Source: Eledone cirrhosa (taxonomy: Eukaryota). From it: a stretch of 64,000 bases of DNA. Location: contig OZ024758.1 in assembly GCA_964016885.1 (NCBI GenBank), forward strand, positions 36,022,001 to 36,086,000, given 5' to 3'. A program made the position numbers and the translations under genes. The notes under the pieces were generated by a model that ran no database searches, was not told the DNA's origin, and worked only from the letters and a program-made list of their open reading frames with translations. Positions 13,401-27,933 of the stretch are shown piece after piece. How positions within the stretch are numbered: the first letter of the stretch is position 1; every line of letters begins with the position of its first letter.

Positions 13401-14508
13401 CCACTGTTGGTGAGAATTCATTTAAGTCATGGTATTAGCTGTCAGAAGTAACTCCAATGTTGGTGAGAATTCATTTAAGTTCATGGTATTAGCTGTCAGA
13501 AGTCACTCCACTGTTGGTGAGAATTCATTTAAGTTCATGGTACTAGCTGTCAGAAGTAACCCCAATGTTGGTGAGAATTCATTTAAGTTCATGGTATTAG
13601 CTGTCAGAAGTAACCCCAATGTTGGTGAGAATTCATTTAAGTTCATGGTATTAGCTGTCAGAAGTAACTCCACTGTTGGTAAGAATTCATTTAAGTTCAT
13701 GGTATTAGCTGTCAGAAGTAACTCCACTGTTGGTGTGAATTCATTTAAGTTCATGGTATTAGCTGTCAGAAGTAACTCCACTGTTGGTAAGAATTCATTT
13801 AAGTTCATGGTATTAGCTGTCAGAAGTAACTCCAATGTTGGTGAGAATTCATTTAAGTTCATGGTATTAGCTGTCAGAAGTAACTCCACTGTTGGTAAGA
13901 ATTCATTTAAGTTCATGGTATTAGCTGTCAGAAGTAACTCCACTGTTGGTGTGAATTCATTTAAGTTCATGGTATTAGCTGTCAGAAGGAACGCCACTGT
14001 TGGTGAGAATTCATTTAAGTTCATGGTATTAGCTGTCAGAAGTAACTCCACTGTTGGTGAGAATTCATTTAAGTTCATGGTACTAGCTGTCAGAAGTAAC
14101 TCCACTGTTGGTGAGAATTCATTTAAGTTCATGGTATTAGCTGTCAGAAGTCACTCCAATGTTGGTGAGAATTCATTTAAGTTCATGGTATTAGCTGTCA
14201 GAAGTCACTCCACTGTTGGTGAGAATTCATTTAAGTTCATGGTACTAGCTGTCAGAAGTAACCCCAATGTTGGTGAGAATTCATTTAAGTTCATGGTATT
14301 AGCTGTCAGAAGTCACTCCAATGTTGGTGAGAATTCATTTAAGTTCATGGTATTAGCTGTCAGAAGTCACTCCACTGTTGGTGAGAATTCATTTAAGTTC
14401 ATGGTACTAGCTGTCAGAAGTAACCCCAATGTTGGTGAGAATTCATTTAAGTTCATGGTATTAGCTGTCAGAAGTCATTCCAATGTTGGTGAGAATTCAT
14501 TTAAGTTC
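3611..14508. repeat. Tandem duplication of a 5449-bp (101-monomer) segment: ~3611-9059 and ~9060-14508
   Basis: Frameshift positions are offset by 5449 (4474/9923, 4905/10354, 5822/11271, 7980/13429). Shared rare variants: GAACTC (~4190/9640), AAGTGCATG (~5335/10784), AATATATT (~5703/11152), GTATTTGC (~6478/11927), AAGTCATTG (~6575/12024) and the AGTTGTC cluster. Confidence 0.93.
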
Positions 14509-17367
14509 ATGGTATTAGCTGTCAGAAGTAACTCCACTGTTGGTGAGAATTCATTTAAGTTCATGGTATTAGCTGTCAGAAGTAACTCCACTGTTGGTGA
14601 GAATTCATTTAAGTCATGGTATTAGCTGTCAGAAGTAACTCCAATGTTGGTGAGAATTCATTTAAGTTCATGGTATTAGCTGTCAGAAGTCACTCCACTG
14701 TTGGTGAGAATTCATTTAAGTTCATGGTACTAGCTGTCAGAAGTAACCCCAATGTTGGTGAGAATTCATTTAAGTTCATGGTATTAGCTGTCAGAAGTCA
14801 CTCCAATGTTGGTGAGAATTCATTTAAGTTCATGGTATTAGCTGTCAGAAGTAACTCCACTGTTGGTGAGAATTCATTTAAGTTCATTGTATTAGCTGTC
14901 AGAAGGAACGCCACTGTTGGTGAGAATTCATTTAAGTTCATGGTATTAGCTGTCAGAAGTAACTCCACTGTTGGTGAGAATTCATTTAAGTTCATGGTAC
15001 TAGCTGTCAGAAGTAACTCCAATGTTGGTGAGAATTCATTTAAGTTCATGGTATTAGCTGTCAGAAGGAACTCCACTGTTGCTGATAATTCATTTAAGTT
15101 CATGGTATTAGCTGTCAGAAGTAACTCCACTGTTGGTGAGAATTCATTTAAGTTCATGGTACTAGCTGTCAGAAGTAACTCCACTGTTGGTGAGAATTCA
15201 TTTAAGTTCATGGTATTAGCTGTCAGAAGTCACTCCAATGTTGGTGAGAATTCATTTAAGTTCATGGTATTAGCTGTCAGAAGTCACTCCACTGTTGGTG
15301 AGAATTCATTTAAGTTCATGGTACTAGCTGTCAGAAGTAACCCCAATGTTGGTGAGAATTCATTTAAGTTCATGGTATTAGCTGTCAGAAGTCACTCCAA
15401 TGTTGGTGAGAATTCATTTAAGTTCATGGTATTAGCTGTCAGAAGTCACTCCACTGTTGGTGAGAATTCATTTAAGTTCATGGTACTAGCTGTCAGAAGT
15501 AACCCCAATGTTGGTGAGAATTCATTTAAGTTCATGGTATTAGCTGTCAGAAGTCACTCCAATGTTGGTGAGAATTCATTTAAGTTCATGGTATTAGCTG
15601 TCAGAAGTAACTCCACTGTTGGTGAGAATTCATTTAAGTTCATGGTATTAGCTGTCAGAAGTAACTCCACTGTTGGTGAGAATTCATTTAAGTCATGGTA
15701 TTAGCTGTCAGAAGTAACTCCAATGTTGGTGAGAATTCATTTAAGTTCATGGTATTAGCTGTCAGAAGTCACTCCACTGTTGGTGAGAATTCATTTAAGT
15801 TCATGGTACTAGCTGTCAGAAGTAACCCCAATGTTGGTGAGAATTCATTTAAGTTCATGGTATTAGCTGTCAGAAGTAACCCCAATGTTGGTGAGAATTC
15901 ATTTAAGTTCGTGGTATTAGCTGTCAGAAGTAACTCCACTGTTGGTAAGAATTCATTTAAGTTCATGGTATTAGCTGTCAGAAGTAACTCCACTGTTGGT
16001 GTGAATTCATTTAAGTTCATGGTATTAGCTGTCAGAAGTAACTCCACTGTTGGTAAGAATTCATTTAAGTTCATGGTATTAGCTGTCAGAAGTAACTCCA
16101 ATGTTGGTGAGAATTCATTTAAGTTCATGGTATTAGCTGTCAGAAGTAACTCCACTGTTGGTAAGAATTCATTTAAGTTCATGGTATTAGCTGTCAGAAG
16201 TAACTCCACTGTTGGTGTGAATTCATTTAAGTTCATGGTATTAGCTGTCAGAAGGAACGCCACTGTTGGTGAGAATTCATTTAAGTTCATGGTATTAGCT
16301 GTCAGAAGTAACTCCACTGTTGGTGAGAATTCATTTAAGTTCATGGTACTAGCTGTCAGAAGTAACTCCACTGTTGGTGAGAATTCATTTAAGTTCATGG
16401 TATTAGCTGTCAGAAGTCACTCCAATGTTGGTGAGAATTCATTTAAGTTCATGGTATTAGCTGTCAGAAGTCACTCCACTGTTGGTGAGAATTCATTTAA
16501 GTTCATGGTACTAGCTGTCAGAAGTAACCCCAATGTTGGTGAGAATTCATTTAAGTTCATGGTATTAGCTGTCAGAAGTCACTCCAATGTTGGTGAGAAT
16601 TCATTTAAGTTCATGGTATTAGCTGTCAGAAGTCACTCCACTGTTGGTGAGAATTCATTTAAGTTCATGGTACTAGCTGTCAGAAGTAACCCCAATGTTG
16701 GTGAGAATTCATTTAAGTTCATGGTATTAGCTGTCAGAAGTCATTCCAATGTTGGTGAGAATTCATTTAAGTTCATGGTATTAGCTGTCAGAAGTAACTC
16801 CACTGTTGGTGAGAATTCATTTAAGTTCATGGTATTAGCTGTCAGAAGTAACTCCACTGTTGGTGAGAATTCATTTAAGTCATGGTATTAGCTGTCAGAA
16901 GTAACTCCAATGTTGGTGAGAATTCATTTAAGTTCATGGTATTAGCTGTCAGAAGTCACTCCACTGTTGGTGAGAATTCATTTAAGTTCATGGTACTAGC
17001 TGTCAGAAGTAACCCCAATGTTGGTGAGAATTCATTTAAGTTCATGGTATTAGCTGTCAGAAGTCACTCCAATGTTGGTGAGAATTCATTTAAGTTCATG
17101 GTATTAGCTGTCAGAAGTAACTCCACTGTTGGTGAGAATTCATTTAAGTTCATTGTATTAGCTGTCAGAAGGAACGCCACTGTTGGTGAGAATTCATTTA
17201 AGTTCATGGTATTAGCTGTCAGAAGTAACTCCACTGTTGGTGAGAATTCATTTAAGTTCATGGTACTAGCTGTCAGAAGTAACTCCAATGTTGGTGAGAA
17301 TTCATTTAAGTTCATGGTATTAGCTGTCAGAAGGAACTCCACTGTTGCTGAGAATTCATTTAAGTTC
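12836..17367. repeat. Tandem duplication of a 2266-bp (42-monomer) segment: ~12836-15101 and ~15102-17367
   Basis: Offsets 13429/15695 and 14616/16882 equal 2266 = 42x54-2. Variant order is identical, including the GGTAAG/GGTGTG run and CATTCC. Differences noticed at 15086 and 15911. Confidence 0.9.
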
Positions 17368-18015
17368 ATGGTATTAGCTGTCAGAAGTAACTCCACTGTT
17401 GGTGAGAATTCATTTAAGTTCATGGTACTAGCTGTCAGAAGTCACTCCACTGTTGGTGAGAATACATTTAAGTTCATGGTACTAGCTGTCAGAAGTAACC
17501 CCAATGTTGGTGAGAATTCATTTAAGTTCATGGTATTAGCTGTCAGAAGTCACTCCAATGTTGGTGAGAATTCATTTAAGTTCATGGTATTAGCTGTCAG
17601 AAGTAACTCCACTGTTGGTAAGAATTCATTTAAGTTCATGGTATTAGCTGTCAGAAGTAACTCCACTGTTGGTGAGAATTCATTTAAGTTCATGGTATTA
17701 GCTGTCAGAAGGAACGCCACTGTTGGTGAGAATTCATTTAAGTTCATGGTATTAGCTGTCAGAAGTAACTCCACTGTTGGTGAGAATTCATTTAAGTTCA
17801 TGGTACTAGCTGTCAGAAGTAACTCCACTGTTGGTGAGAATTCATTTAAGTTCATGGTATTAGCTGTCAGAAGTCACTCCAATGTTGGTGAGAATTCATT
17901 TAAGTTCATGGTACTAGCTGTCAGAAGTAACCCCAATGTTGGTGAGAATTCATTTAAGTTCATGGTATTAGCTGTCAGAAGTCACTCCAATGTTGGTGAG
18001 AATTCATTTAAGTTC

Positions 18016-21000
18016 ATGGTATTAGCTGTCAGAAGTAACTCCACTGTTGGTGATAATTCATTTAAGTTCATGGTATTAGCTGTCAGAAGTAACTCCACTG
18101 TTGGTGAGAATTCATTTAAGTTCATGGTATTAGCTGTCAGAAGTAACTCCACTGTTGGTGAGAATTCATTTAAGTCATGGTATTAGCTGTCAGAAGTAAC
18201 TCCAATGTTGGTGAGAATTCATTTAAGTTCATGGTATTAGCTGTCAGAAGTCACTCCACTGTTGGTGAGAATTCATTTAAGTTCATGGTACTAGCTGTCA
18301 GAAGTAACCCCAATGTTGGTGAGAATTCATTTAAGTTCATGGTATTAGCTGTCAGAAGTCACTCCAATGTTGGTGAGAATTCATTTAAGTTCATGGTATT
18401 AGCTGTCAGAAGTCACTCCACTGTTGGTGAGAATTCATTTAAGTTCATGGTACTAGCTGTCAGAAGTAACCCCAATGTTGGTGAGAATTCATTTAAGTTC
18501 ATGGTATTAGCTGTCAGAAGTCACTCCAATGTTGGTGAGAATTCATTTAAGTTCATGGTATTAGCTGTCAGAAGTAACTCCACTGTTGGTGAGAATTCAT
18601 TTAAGTTCATGGTATTAGCTGTCAGAAGTAACTCCACTGTTGGTGAGAATTCATTTAAGTTCATGGTATTAGCTGTCAGAAGTAACTCCACTGTTGGTGA
18701 GAATTCATTTAAGTTCATGGTATTAGCTGTCAGAAGTAACTCCACTGTTGGTGAGAATTCATTTAAGTCATGGTATTAGCTGTCAGAAGTAACTCCAATG
18801 TTGGTGAGAATTCATTTAAGTTCATGGTATTAGCTGTCAGAAGTCACTCCACTGTTGGTGAGAATTCATTTAAGTTCATGGTACTAGCTGTCAGAAGTAA
18901 CTCCACTGTTGGTGAGAATTCATTTAAGTCATGGTATTAGCTGTCAGAAGTAACTCCAATGTTGGTGAGAATTCATTTAAGTTCATGGTATTAGCTGTCA
19001 GAAGTCACTCCACTGTTGGTGAGAATTCATTTAAGTTCATGGTACTAGCTGTCAGAAGTAACCCCAATGTTGGTGAGAATTCATTTAAGTTCATGGTATT
19101 AGCTGTCAGAAGTCACTCCAATGTTGGTGAGAATTCATTTAAGTTCATGGTATTAGCTGTCAGAAGTAACTCCACTGTTGGTGAGAATTCATTTAAGTTC
19201 ATGGTATTAGCTGTCAGAAGTAACTCCACTGTTGGTGAGAATTCATTTAAGTTCATGGTATTAGCTGTCAGAAGGAACGCCACTGTTGGTGAGAATTCAT
19301 TTAAGTTCATGGTATTAGCTGTCAGAAGTAACTCCACTGTTGGTGAGAATTCATTTAAGTTCATGGTACTAGCTGTCAGAAGTAACTCCAATGTTGGTGA
19401 GAATTCATTTAAGTTCATGGTATTAGCTGTCAGAAGGAACTCCACTGTTGTGAGAATTCATTTAAGTTCATGGTATTAGCTGTCAGAAGTAACTCCACTG
19501 TTGGTGACAATTCATTTAAGTTCATGGTACTAGCTGTCAGAAGTCACTCCACTGTTGGTGAGAATACATTTAAGTTCATGGTACTAGCTGTCAGAAGTAA
19601 CCCCAATGTTGGTGAGAATTCATTTAAGTTCATGGTATTAGCTGTCAGAAGTCACTCCAATGTTGGTGAGAATTCATTTAAGTTCATGGTATTAGCTGTC
19701 AGAAGTAACTCCACTGTTGGTAAGAATTCATTTAAGTTCATGGTATTAGCTGTCAGAAGTAACTCCACTGTTGGTGAGAATTCATTTAAGTTCATGGTAT
19801 TAGCTGTCAGAAGGAACGCCACTATTGGTGAGAATTCATTTAAGTTCATGGTATTAGCTGTCAGAAGTAACTCCACTGTTGGTGAGAATTCATTTAAGTT
19901 CATGGTACTAGCTGTCAGAAGTAACTCCACTGTTGGTGAGAATTCATTTAAGTTCATGGTATTAGCTGTCAGAAGTCACTCCAATGTTGGTGAGAATTCA
20001 TTTAAGTTCATGGTATTAGCTGTCAGAAGTCACTCCACTGTTGGTGAGAATTCATTTAAGTTCATGGTACTAGCTGTCAGAAGTAACCCCAATGTTGGTG
20101 AGAATTCATTTAAGTTCATGGTATTAGCTGTCAGAAGTCACTCCAATGTTGGTGAGAATTCATTTAAGTTCATGGTATTAGCTGTCAGAAGTAACTCCAC
20201 TGTTGGTGAGAATTCATTTAAGTTCATGGTATTAGCTGTCAGAAGTAACTCCACTGTTGGTGATAATTCATTTAAGTTCATTCTATTAGCTGTCAGAAGT
20301 AACTCCACTGTTGGTGAGAATTCATTTAAGTCATGGTATTAGCTGTCAGAAGTAACTCCAATGTTGGTGAGAATTCATTTAAGTTCATGGTATTAGCTGT
20401 CAGAAGTCACTCCACTGTTGGTGAGAATTCATTTAAGTTCATGGTACTAGCTGTCAGAAGTAACCCCAATGTTGGTGAGAATTCATTTAAGTTCATGGTA
20501 TTAGCTGTCAGAAGTCACTCCAATGTTGGTGAGAATTCATTTAAGTTCATGGTATTAGCTGTCAGAAGTAACTCCACTGTTGGTGATAATTCATTTAAGT
20601 TCATGGTATTAGCTGTCAGAAGTAACTCCACTGTTGGTGAGAATTCATTTAAGTTCATGGTATTAGCTGTCAGAAGTAACTCCACTGTTGGTGAGAATTC
20701 ATTTAAGTTCATGGTATTAGCTGTCAGAAGGAACTCCAATGTTGGTGAGAATTCATTTAAGTCATGGTACTAGCTGTCAGAAGTAACTCCACTGTTGGTG
20801 AGAATTCATTTAAGTTCATGGTATTAGCTGTCAGAAGGAACGCCACTGTTGGTGAGAATTCATTTAAATTCATGGTATTAGCTGTCAGAAGTAACTCCAC
20901 TGTTGGTGAGAATTCATTTAAGTTCATGGTACTAGCTGTCAGAAGTAACTCCAATGTTGGTGAGAATTCATTTAAATTCATGGTATTAGCTGTCAGAAGT

Positions 21001-24000
21001 AACTCCACTGTTGGTGAGAATTCATTTAAGTTCATGGTATTAGCTGTCAGAAGTAACTCCACTGTTGGTGAGAATTCATTTAAGTTCATGGTATTAGCTG
21101 TCAGAAGTCACTCCAATGTTGGTGAGAATTCATTTAAGTCATGGTACTAGCTGTCAGAAGTAACTCCACTGTTGGTGAGAATTCATTTAAGTTCATTGTA
21201 TTAGCTGTCAGAAGGAACGCCACTGTTGGTGAGAATTCATTTAAGTTCATGGTATTAGCTGTCAGAAGTAACTCCACTGTTGGTGAGAATTCATTTAAGT
21301 TCATGGTACTAGCTGTCAGAAGTAACTCCAATGTTGGTGAGAATTCATTTAAGTTCATGGTATTAGCTGTCAGAAGGAACTCCACTGTTGCTGAGAATTC
21401 ATTTAAGTTCATGGTATTAGCTGTCAGAAGTAACTCCACTGTTGGTGAGAATTCATTTAAGTTCATGGTACTAGCTGTCAGAAGTCACTCCACTGTTGGT
21501 GAGAATACATTTAAGTTCATGGTACTAGCTGTCAGAAGTAACCCCAATGTTGGTGAGAATTCATTTAAGTTCATGGTATTAGCTGTCAGAAGTCACTCCA
21601 ATGTTGGTGAGAATTCATTTAAGTTCATGGTATTAGCTGTCAGAAGTAACTCCACTGTTGGTAAGAATTCATTTAAGTTCATGGTATTAGCTGTCAGAAG
21701 TAACTCCACTGTTGGTGAGAATTCATTTAAGTTCATGGTATTAGCTGTCAGAAGGAACGCCACTGTTGGTGAGAATTCATTTAAGTTCATGGTATTAGCT
21801 GTCAGAAGTAACTCCACTGTTGGTGAGAATTCATTTAAGTTCATGGTACTAGCTGTCAGAAGTAACTCCACTGTTGGTGAGAATTCATTTAAGTTCATGG
21901 TATTAGCTGTCAGAAGTCACTCCAATGTTGGTGAGAATTCATTTAAGTTCATGGTATTAGCTGTCAGAAGTCACTCCACTGTTGGTGAGAATTCATTTAA
22001 GTTCATGGTATTAGCTGTCAGAAGTAACTCCACTGTTGGTGATAATTCATTTAAGTTCATGGTATTAGCTGTCAGAAGTAACTCCACTGTTGGTGAGAAT
22101 TCATTTAAGTTCATGGTATTAGCTGTCAGAAGTAACTCCACTGTTGGTGAGAATTCATTTAAGTCATGGTATTAGCTGTCAGAAGTAACTCCAATGTTGG
22201 TGAGAATTCATTTAAGTTCATGGTATTAGCTGTCAGAAGTCACTCCACTGTTGGTGAGAATTCATTTAAGTTCATGGTACTAGCTGTCAGAAGTAACCCC
22301 AATGTTGGTGAGAATTCATTTAAGTTCATGGTATTAGCTGTCAGAAGTCACTCCAATGTTGGTGAGAATTCATTTAAGTTCATGGTATTAGCTGTCAGAA
22401 GTCACTCCACTGTTGGTGAGAATTCATTTAAGTTCATGGTACTAGCTGTCAGAAGTAACCCCAATGTTGGTGAGAATTCATTTAAGTTCATGGTATTAGC
22501 TGTCAGAAGTCACTCCAATGTTGGTGAGAATTCATTTAAGTTCATGGTATTAGCTGTCAGAAGTAACTCCACTGTTGGTGAGAATTCATTTAAGTTCATG
22601 GTATTAGCTGTCAGAAGTAACTCCACTGTTGGTGAGAATTCATTTAAGTTCATGGTATTAGCTGTCAGAAGTAACTCCACTGTTGGTGAGAATTCATTTA
22701 AGTTCATGGTATTAGCTGTCAGAAGTAACTCCACTGTTGGTGAGAATTCATTTAAGTCATGGTATTAGCTGTCAGAAGTAACTCCAATGTTGGTGAGAAT
22801 TCATTTAAGTTCATGGTATTAGCTGTCAGAAGTCACTCCACTGTTGGTGAGAATTCATTTAAGTTCATGGTACTAGCTGTCAGAAGTAACTCCACTGTTG
22901 GTGAGAATTCATTTAAGTCATGGTATTAGCTGTCAGAAGTAACTCCAATGTTGGTGAGAATTCATTTAAGTTCATGGTATTAGCTGTCAGAAGTCACTCC
23001 ACTGTTGGTGAGAATTCATTTAAGTTCATGGTACTAGCTGTCAGAAGTAACCCCAATGTTGGTGAGAATTCATTTAAGTTCATGGTATTAGCTGTCAGAA
23101 GTCACTCCAATGTTGGTGAGAATTCATTTAAGTTCATGGTATTAGCTGTCAGAAGTAACTCCACTGTTGGTGAGAATTCATTTAAGTTCATGGTATTAGC
23201 TGTCAGAAGTAACTCCACTGTTGGTGAGAATTCATTTAAGTTCATGGTATTAGCTGTCAGAAGGAACGCCACTGTTGGTGAGAATTCATTTAAGTTCATG
23301 GTATTAGCTGTCAGAAGTAACTCCACTGTTGGTGAGAATTCATTTAAGTTCATGGTACTAGCTGTCAGAAGTAACTCCAATGTTGGTGAGAATTCATTTA
23401 AGTTCATGGTATTAGCTGTCAGAAGGAACTCCACTGTTGTGAGAATTCATTTAAGTTCATGGTATTAGCTGTCAGAAGTAACTCCACTGTTGGTGACAAT
23501 TCATTTAAGTTCATGGTACTAGCTGTCAGAAGTCACTCCACTGTTGGTGAGAATACATTTAAGTTCATGGTACTAGCTGTCAGAAGTAACCCCAATGTTG
23601 GTGAGAATTCATTTAAGTTCATGGTATTAGCTGTCAGAAGTCACTCCAATGTTGGTGAGAATTCATTTAAGTTCATGGTATTAGCTGTCAGAAGTAACTC
23701 CACTGTTGGTAAGAATTCATTTAAGTTCATGGTATTAGCTGTCAGAAGTAACTCCACTGTTGGTGAGAATTCATTTAAGTTCATGGTATTAGCTGTCAGA
23801 AGGAACGCCACTATTGGTGAGAATTCATTTAAGTTCATGGTATTAGCTGTCAGAAGTAACTCCACTGTTGGTGAGAATTCATTTAAGTTCATGGTACTAG
23901 CTGTCAGAAGTAACTCCACTGTTGGTGAGAATTCATTTAAGTTCATGGTATTAGCTGTCAGAAGTCACTCCAATGTTGGTGAGAATTCATTTAAGTTCAT

Positions 24001-25993
24001 GGTATTAGCTGTCAGAAGTCACTCCACTGTTGGTGAGAATTCATTTAAGTTCATGGTACTAGCTGTCAGAAGTAACCCCAATGTTGGTGAGAATTCATTT
24101 AAGTTCATGGTATTAGCTGTCAGAAGTCACTCCAATGTTGGTGAGAATTCATTTAAGTTCATGGTATTAGCTGTCAGAAGTAACTCCACTGTTGGTGAGA
24201 ATTCATTTAAGTTCATGGTATTAGCTGTCAGAAGTAACTCCACTGTTGGTGATAATTCATTTAAGTTCATTCTATTAGCTGTCAGAAGTAACTCCACTGT
24301 TGGTGAGAATTCATTTAAGTCATGGTATTAGCTGTCAGAAGTAACTCCAATGTTGGTGAGAATTCATTTAAGTTCATGGTATTAGCTGTCAGAAGTCACT
24401 CCACTGTTGGTGAGAATTCATTTAAGTTCATGGTACTAGCTGTCAGAAGTAACCCCAATGTTGGTGAGAATTCATTTAAGTTCATGGTATTAGCTGTCAG
24501 AAGTCACTCCAATGTTGGTGAGAATTCATTTAAGTTCATGGTATTAGCTGTCAGAAGTAACTCCACTGTTGGTGATAATTCATTTAAGTTCATGGTATTA
24601 GCTGTCAGAAGTAACTCCACTGTTGGTGAGAATTCATTTAAGTTCATGGTATTAGCTGTCAGAAGTAACTCCACTGTTGGTGAGAATTCATTTAAGTTCA
24701 TGGTATTAGCTGTCAGAAGGAACTCCAATGTTGGTGAGAATTCATTTAAGTCATGGTACTAGCTGTCAGAAGTAACTCCACTGTTGGTGAGAATTCATTT
24801 AAGTTCATGGTATTAGCTGTCAGAAGGAACGCCACTGTTGGTGAGAATTCATTTAAATTCATGGTATTAGCTGTCAGAAGTAACTCCACTGTTGGTGAGA
24901 ATTCATTTAAGTTCATGGTACTAGCTGTCAGAAGTAACTCCAATGTTGGTGAGAATTCATTTAAATTCATGGTATTAGCTGTCAGAAGTAACTCCACTGT
25001 TGGTGAGAATTCATTTAAGTTCATGGTATTAGCTGTCAGAAGTAACTCCACTGTTGGTGAGAATTCATTTAAGTTCATGGTATTAGCTGTCAGAAGTCAC
25101 TCCAATGTTGGTGAGAATTCATTTAAGTCATGGTACTAGCTGTCAGAAGTAACTCCACTGTTGGTGAGAATTCATTTAAGTTCATTGTATTAGCTGTCAG
25201 AAGGAACGCCACTGTTGGTGAGAATTCATTTAAGTTCATGGTATTAGCTGTCAGAAGTAACTCCACTGTTGGTGAGAATTCATTTAAGTTCATGGTACTA
25301 GCTGTCAGAAGTAACTCCAATGTTGGTGAGAATTCATTTAAGTTCATGGTATTAGCTGTCAGAAGGAACTCCACTGTTGCTGAGAATTCATTTAAGTTCA
25401 TGGTATTAGCTGTCAGAAGTAACTCCACTGTTGGTGAGAATTCATTTAAGTTCATGGTACTAGCTGTCAGAAGTCACTCCACTGTTGGTGAGAATACATT
25501 TAAGTTCATGGTACTAGCTGTCAGAAGTAACCCCAATGTTGGTGAGAATTCATTTAAGTTCATGGTATTAGCTGTCAGAAGTCACTCCAATGTTGGTGAG
25601 AATTCATTTAAGTTCATGGTATTAGCTGTCAGAAGTAACTCCACTGTTGGTAAGAATTCATTTAAGTTCATGGTATTAGCTGTCAGAAGTAACTCCACTG
25701 TTGGTGAGAATTCATTTAAGTTCATGGTATTAGCTGTCAGAAGGAACGCCACTGTTGGTGAGAATTCATTTAAGTTCATGGTATTAGCTGTCAGAAGTAA
25801 CTCCACTGTTGGTGAGAATTCATTTAAGTTCATGGTACTAGCTGTCAGAAGTAACTCCACTGTTGGTGAGAATTCATTTAAGTTCATGGTATTAGCTGTC
25901 AGAAGTCACTCCAATGTTGGTGAGAATTCATTTAAGTTCATGGTATTAGCTGTCAGAAGTCACTCCACTGTTGGTGAGAATTCATTTAAGTTC
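18016..25993. repeat. Tandem duplication of a 3989-bp (74-monomer) segment: ~18016-22004 and ~22005-25993
   Basis: Offsets 18177/22166, 18931/22920, 19470/23459, 20333/24322 and 21141/25130 all equal 3989 = 74x54-7. Shared markers: private G deletion (19450/23439), GACAAT (19508/23497), ACTATT (19824/23813), ATTCTA and GATAAT. Confidence 0.95.
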
Positions 25994-27933
25994 ATGGTAC
26001 TAGCTGTCAGAAGTAACCCCAATGTTGGTGAGAATTCATTTAAGTTCATGGTATTAGCTGTCAGAAGTCACTCCAATGTTGGTGAGAATTCATTTAAGTT
26101 CATGGTATTAGCTGTCAGAAGTAACTCCACTGTTGGTGAGAATTCATTTAAGTTCATGGTATTAGCTGTCAGAAGTAACTCCACTGTTGGTGAGAATTCA
26201 TTTAAGTTCATGGTATTAGCTGTCAGAAGTAACTCCACTGTTGGTGAGAATTCATTTAAGTCATGGTATTAGCTGTCAGAAGTAACTCCAATGTTGGTGA
26301 GAATTCATTTAAGTTCATGGTATTAGCTGTCAGAAGTCACTCCACTGTTGGTGAGAATTCATTTAAGTTCATGGTACTAGCTGTCAGAAGTAACCCCAAT
26401 GTTGGTGAGAATTCATTTAAGTTCATGGTATTAGCTGTCAGAAGTCACTCCAATGTTGGTGAGAATTCATTTAAGTTCATGGTATTAGCTGTCAGAAGTA
26501 ACTCCACTGTTGGTGAGAATTCATTTAAGTTCATGGTATTAGCTGTCAGAAGTAACTCCACTGTTGGTGAGAATTCATTTAAGTTCATGGTATTAGCTGT
26601 CAGAAGTAACTCCACTGTTGGTGAGAATTCATTTAAGTTCATGGTATTAGCTGTCAGAAGGAACTCCAATGTTGGTGAGAATTCATTTAAGTCATGGTAC
26701 TAGCTGTCAGAAGTAACTCCACTGTTGGTGAGAATTCATTTAAGTTCATGGTATTAGCTGTCAGAAGGAACGCCACTGTTGGTGAGAATTCATTTAAATT
26801 CATGGTATTAGCTGTCAGAAGTAACTCCACTGTTGGTGAGAATTCATTTAAGTTCATGGTACTAGCTGTCAGAAGTAACTCCAATGTTGGTGAGAATTCA
26901 TTTAAGTTCATGGTATTAGCTGTCAGAAGTAACTCCACTGTTGGCGAGAATTCATTTAAGTTCATGGTATTAGCTGTCAGAAGTCACTCCAATGTTGGTG
27001 AGAATTCATTTGAGTCATGGTACTAGCTGTCAGAAGTAACTCCACTGTTGGTGAGAATTCATTTAAGTTCATTGTATTAGCTGTCAGAAGGAACGCCACT
27101 GTTGGTGAGAATTCATTTAAGTTCATGGTATTAGCTGTCAGAAGTAACTCCACTGTTGGTGAGAATTCATTTAAGTTCATGGTACTAGCTGTCAGAAGTC
27201 ACTCCACTGTTGGTGAGAATACATTTAAGTTCATGGTACTAGCTGTCAGAAGTAACCCCAATGTTGGTGAGAATTCATTTAAGTTCATGGTATTAGCTGT
27301 CAGAAGTAACTCCACTGTTGGTGAGAATTCATTTAAGTTCATGGTACTAGCTGTCAGAAGTAACTCCAATGTTGGTGAGAATTCATTTAAGTTCATGGTA
27401 TTAGCTGTCAGAAGGAACTCCACTGTTGCTGAGAATTCATTTAAGTTCATGGTATTAGCTGTCAGAAGTAACTCCACTGTTGGTGAGAATTCATTTAAGT
27501 TCATGGTACTAGCTGTCAGAAGTCACTCCACTGTTGGTGAGAATACATTTAAGTTCATGGTACTAGCTGTCAGAAGTAACCCCAATGTTGGTGAGAATTC
27601 ATTTAAGTTCATGGTATTAGCTGTCAGAAGTCACTCCAATGTTGGTGAGAATTCATTTAAGTTCATGGTATTAGCTGTCAGAAGTAACTCCACTGTTGGT
27701 GAGAATTCATTTAAGTTCATGGTACTAGCTGTCAGAAGTAACTCCACTGTTGGTGAGAATTCATTTAAGTTCATGGTATTAGCTGTCAGAAGTCACTCCA
27801 ATGTTGGTGAGAATTCATTTAAGTTCATGGTATTAGCTGTCAGAAGTCACTCCACTGTTGGTGAGAATTCATTTAAGTTCATGGTATTAGCTGTCAGAAG
27901 TAACTCCACTGTTGGTGAGAATTCATTTAAGTC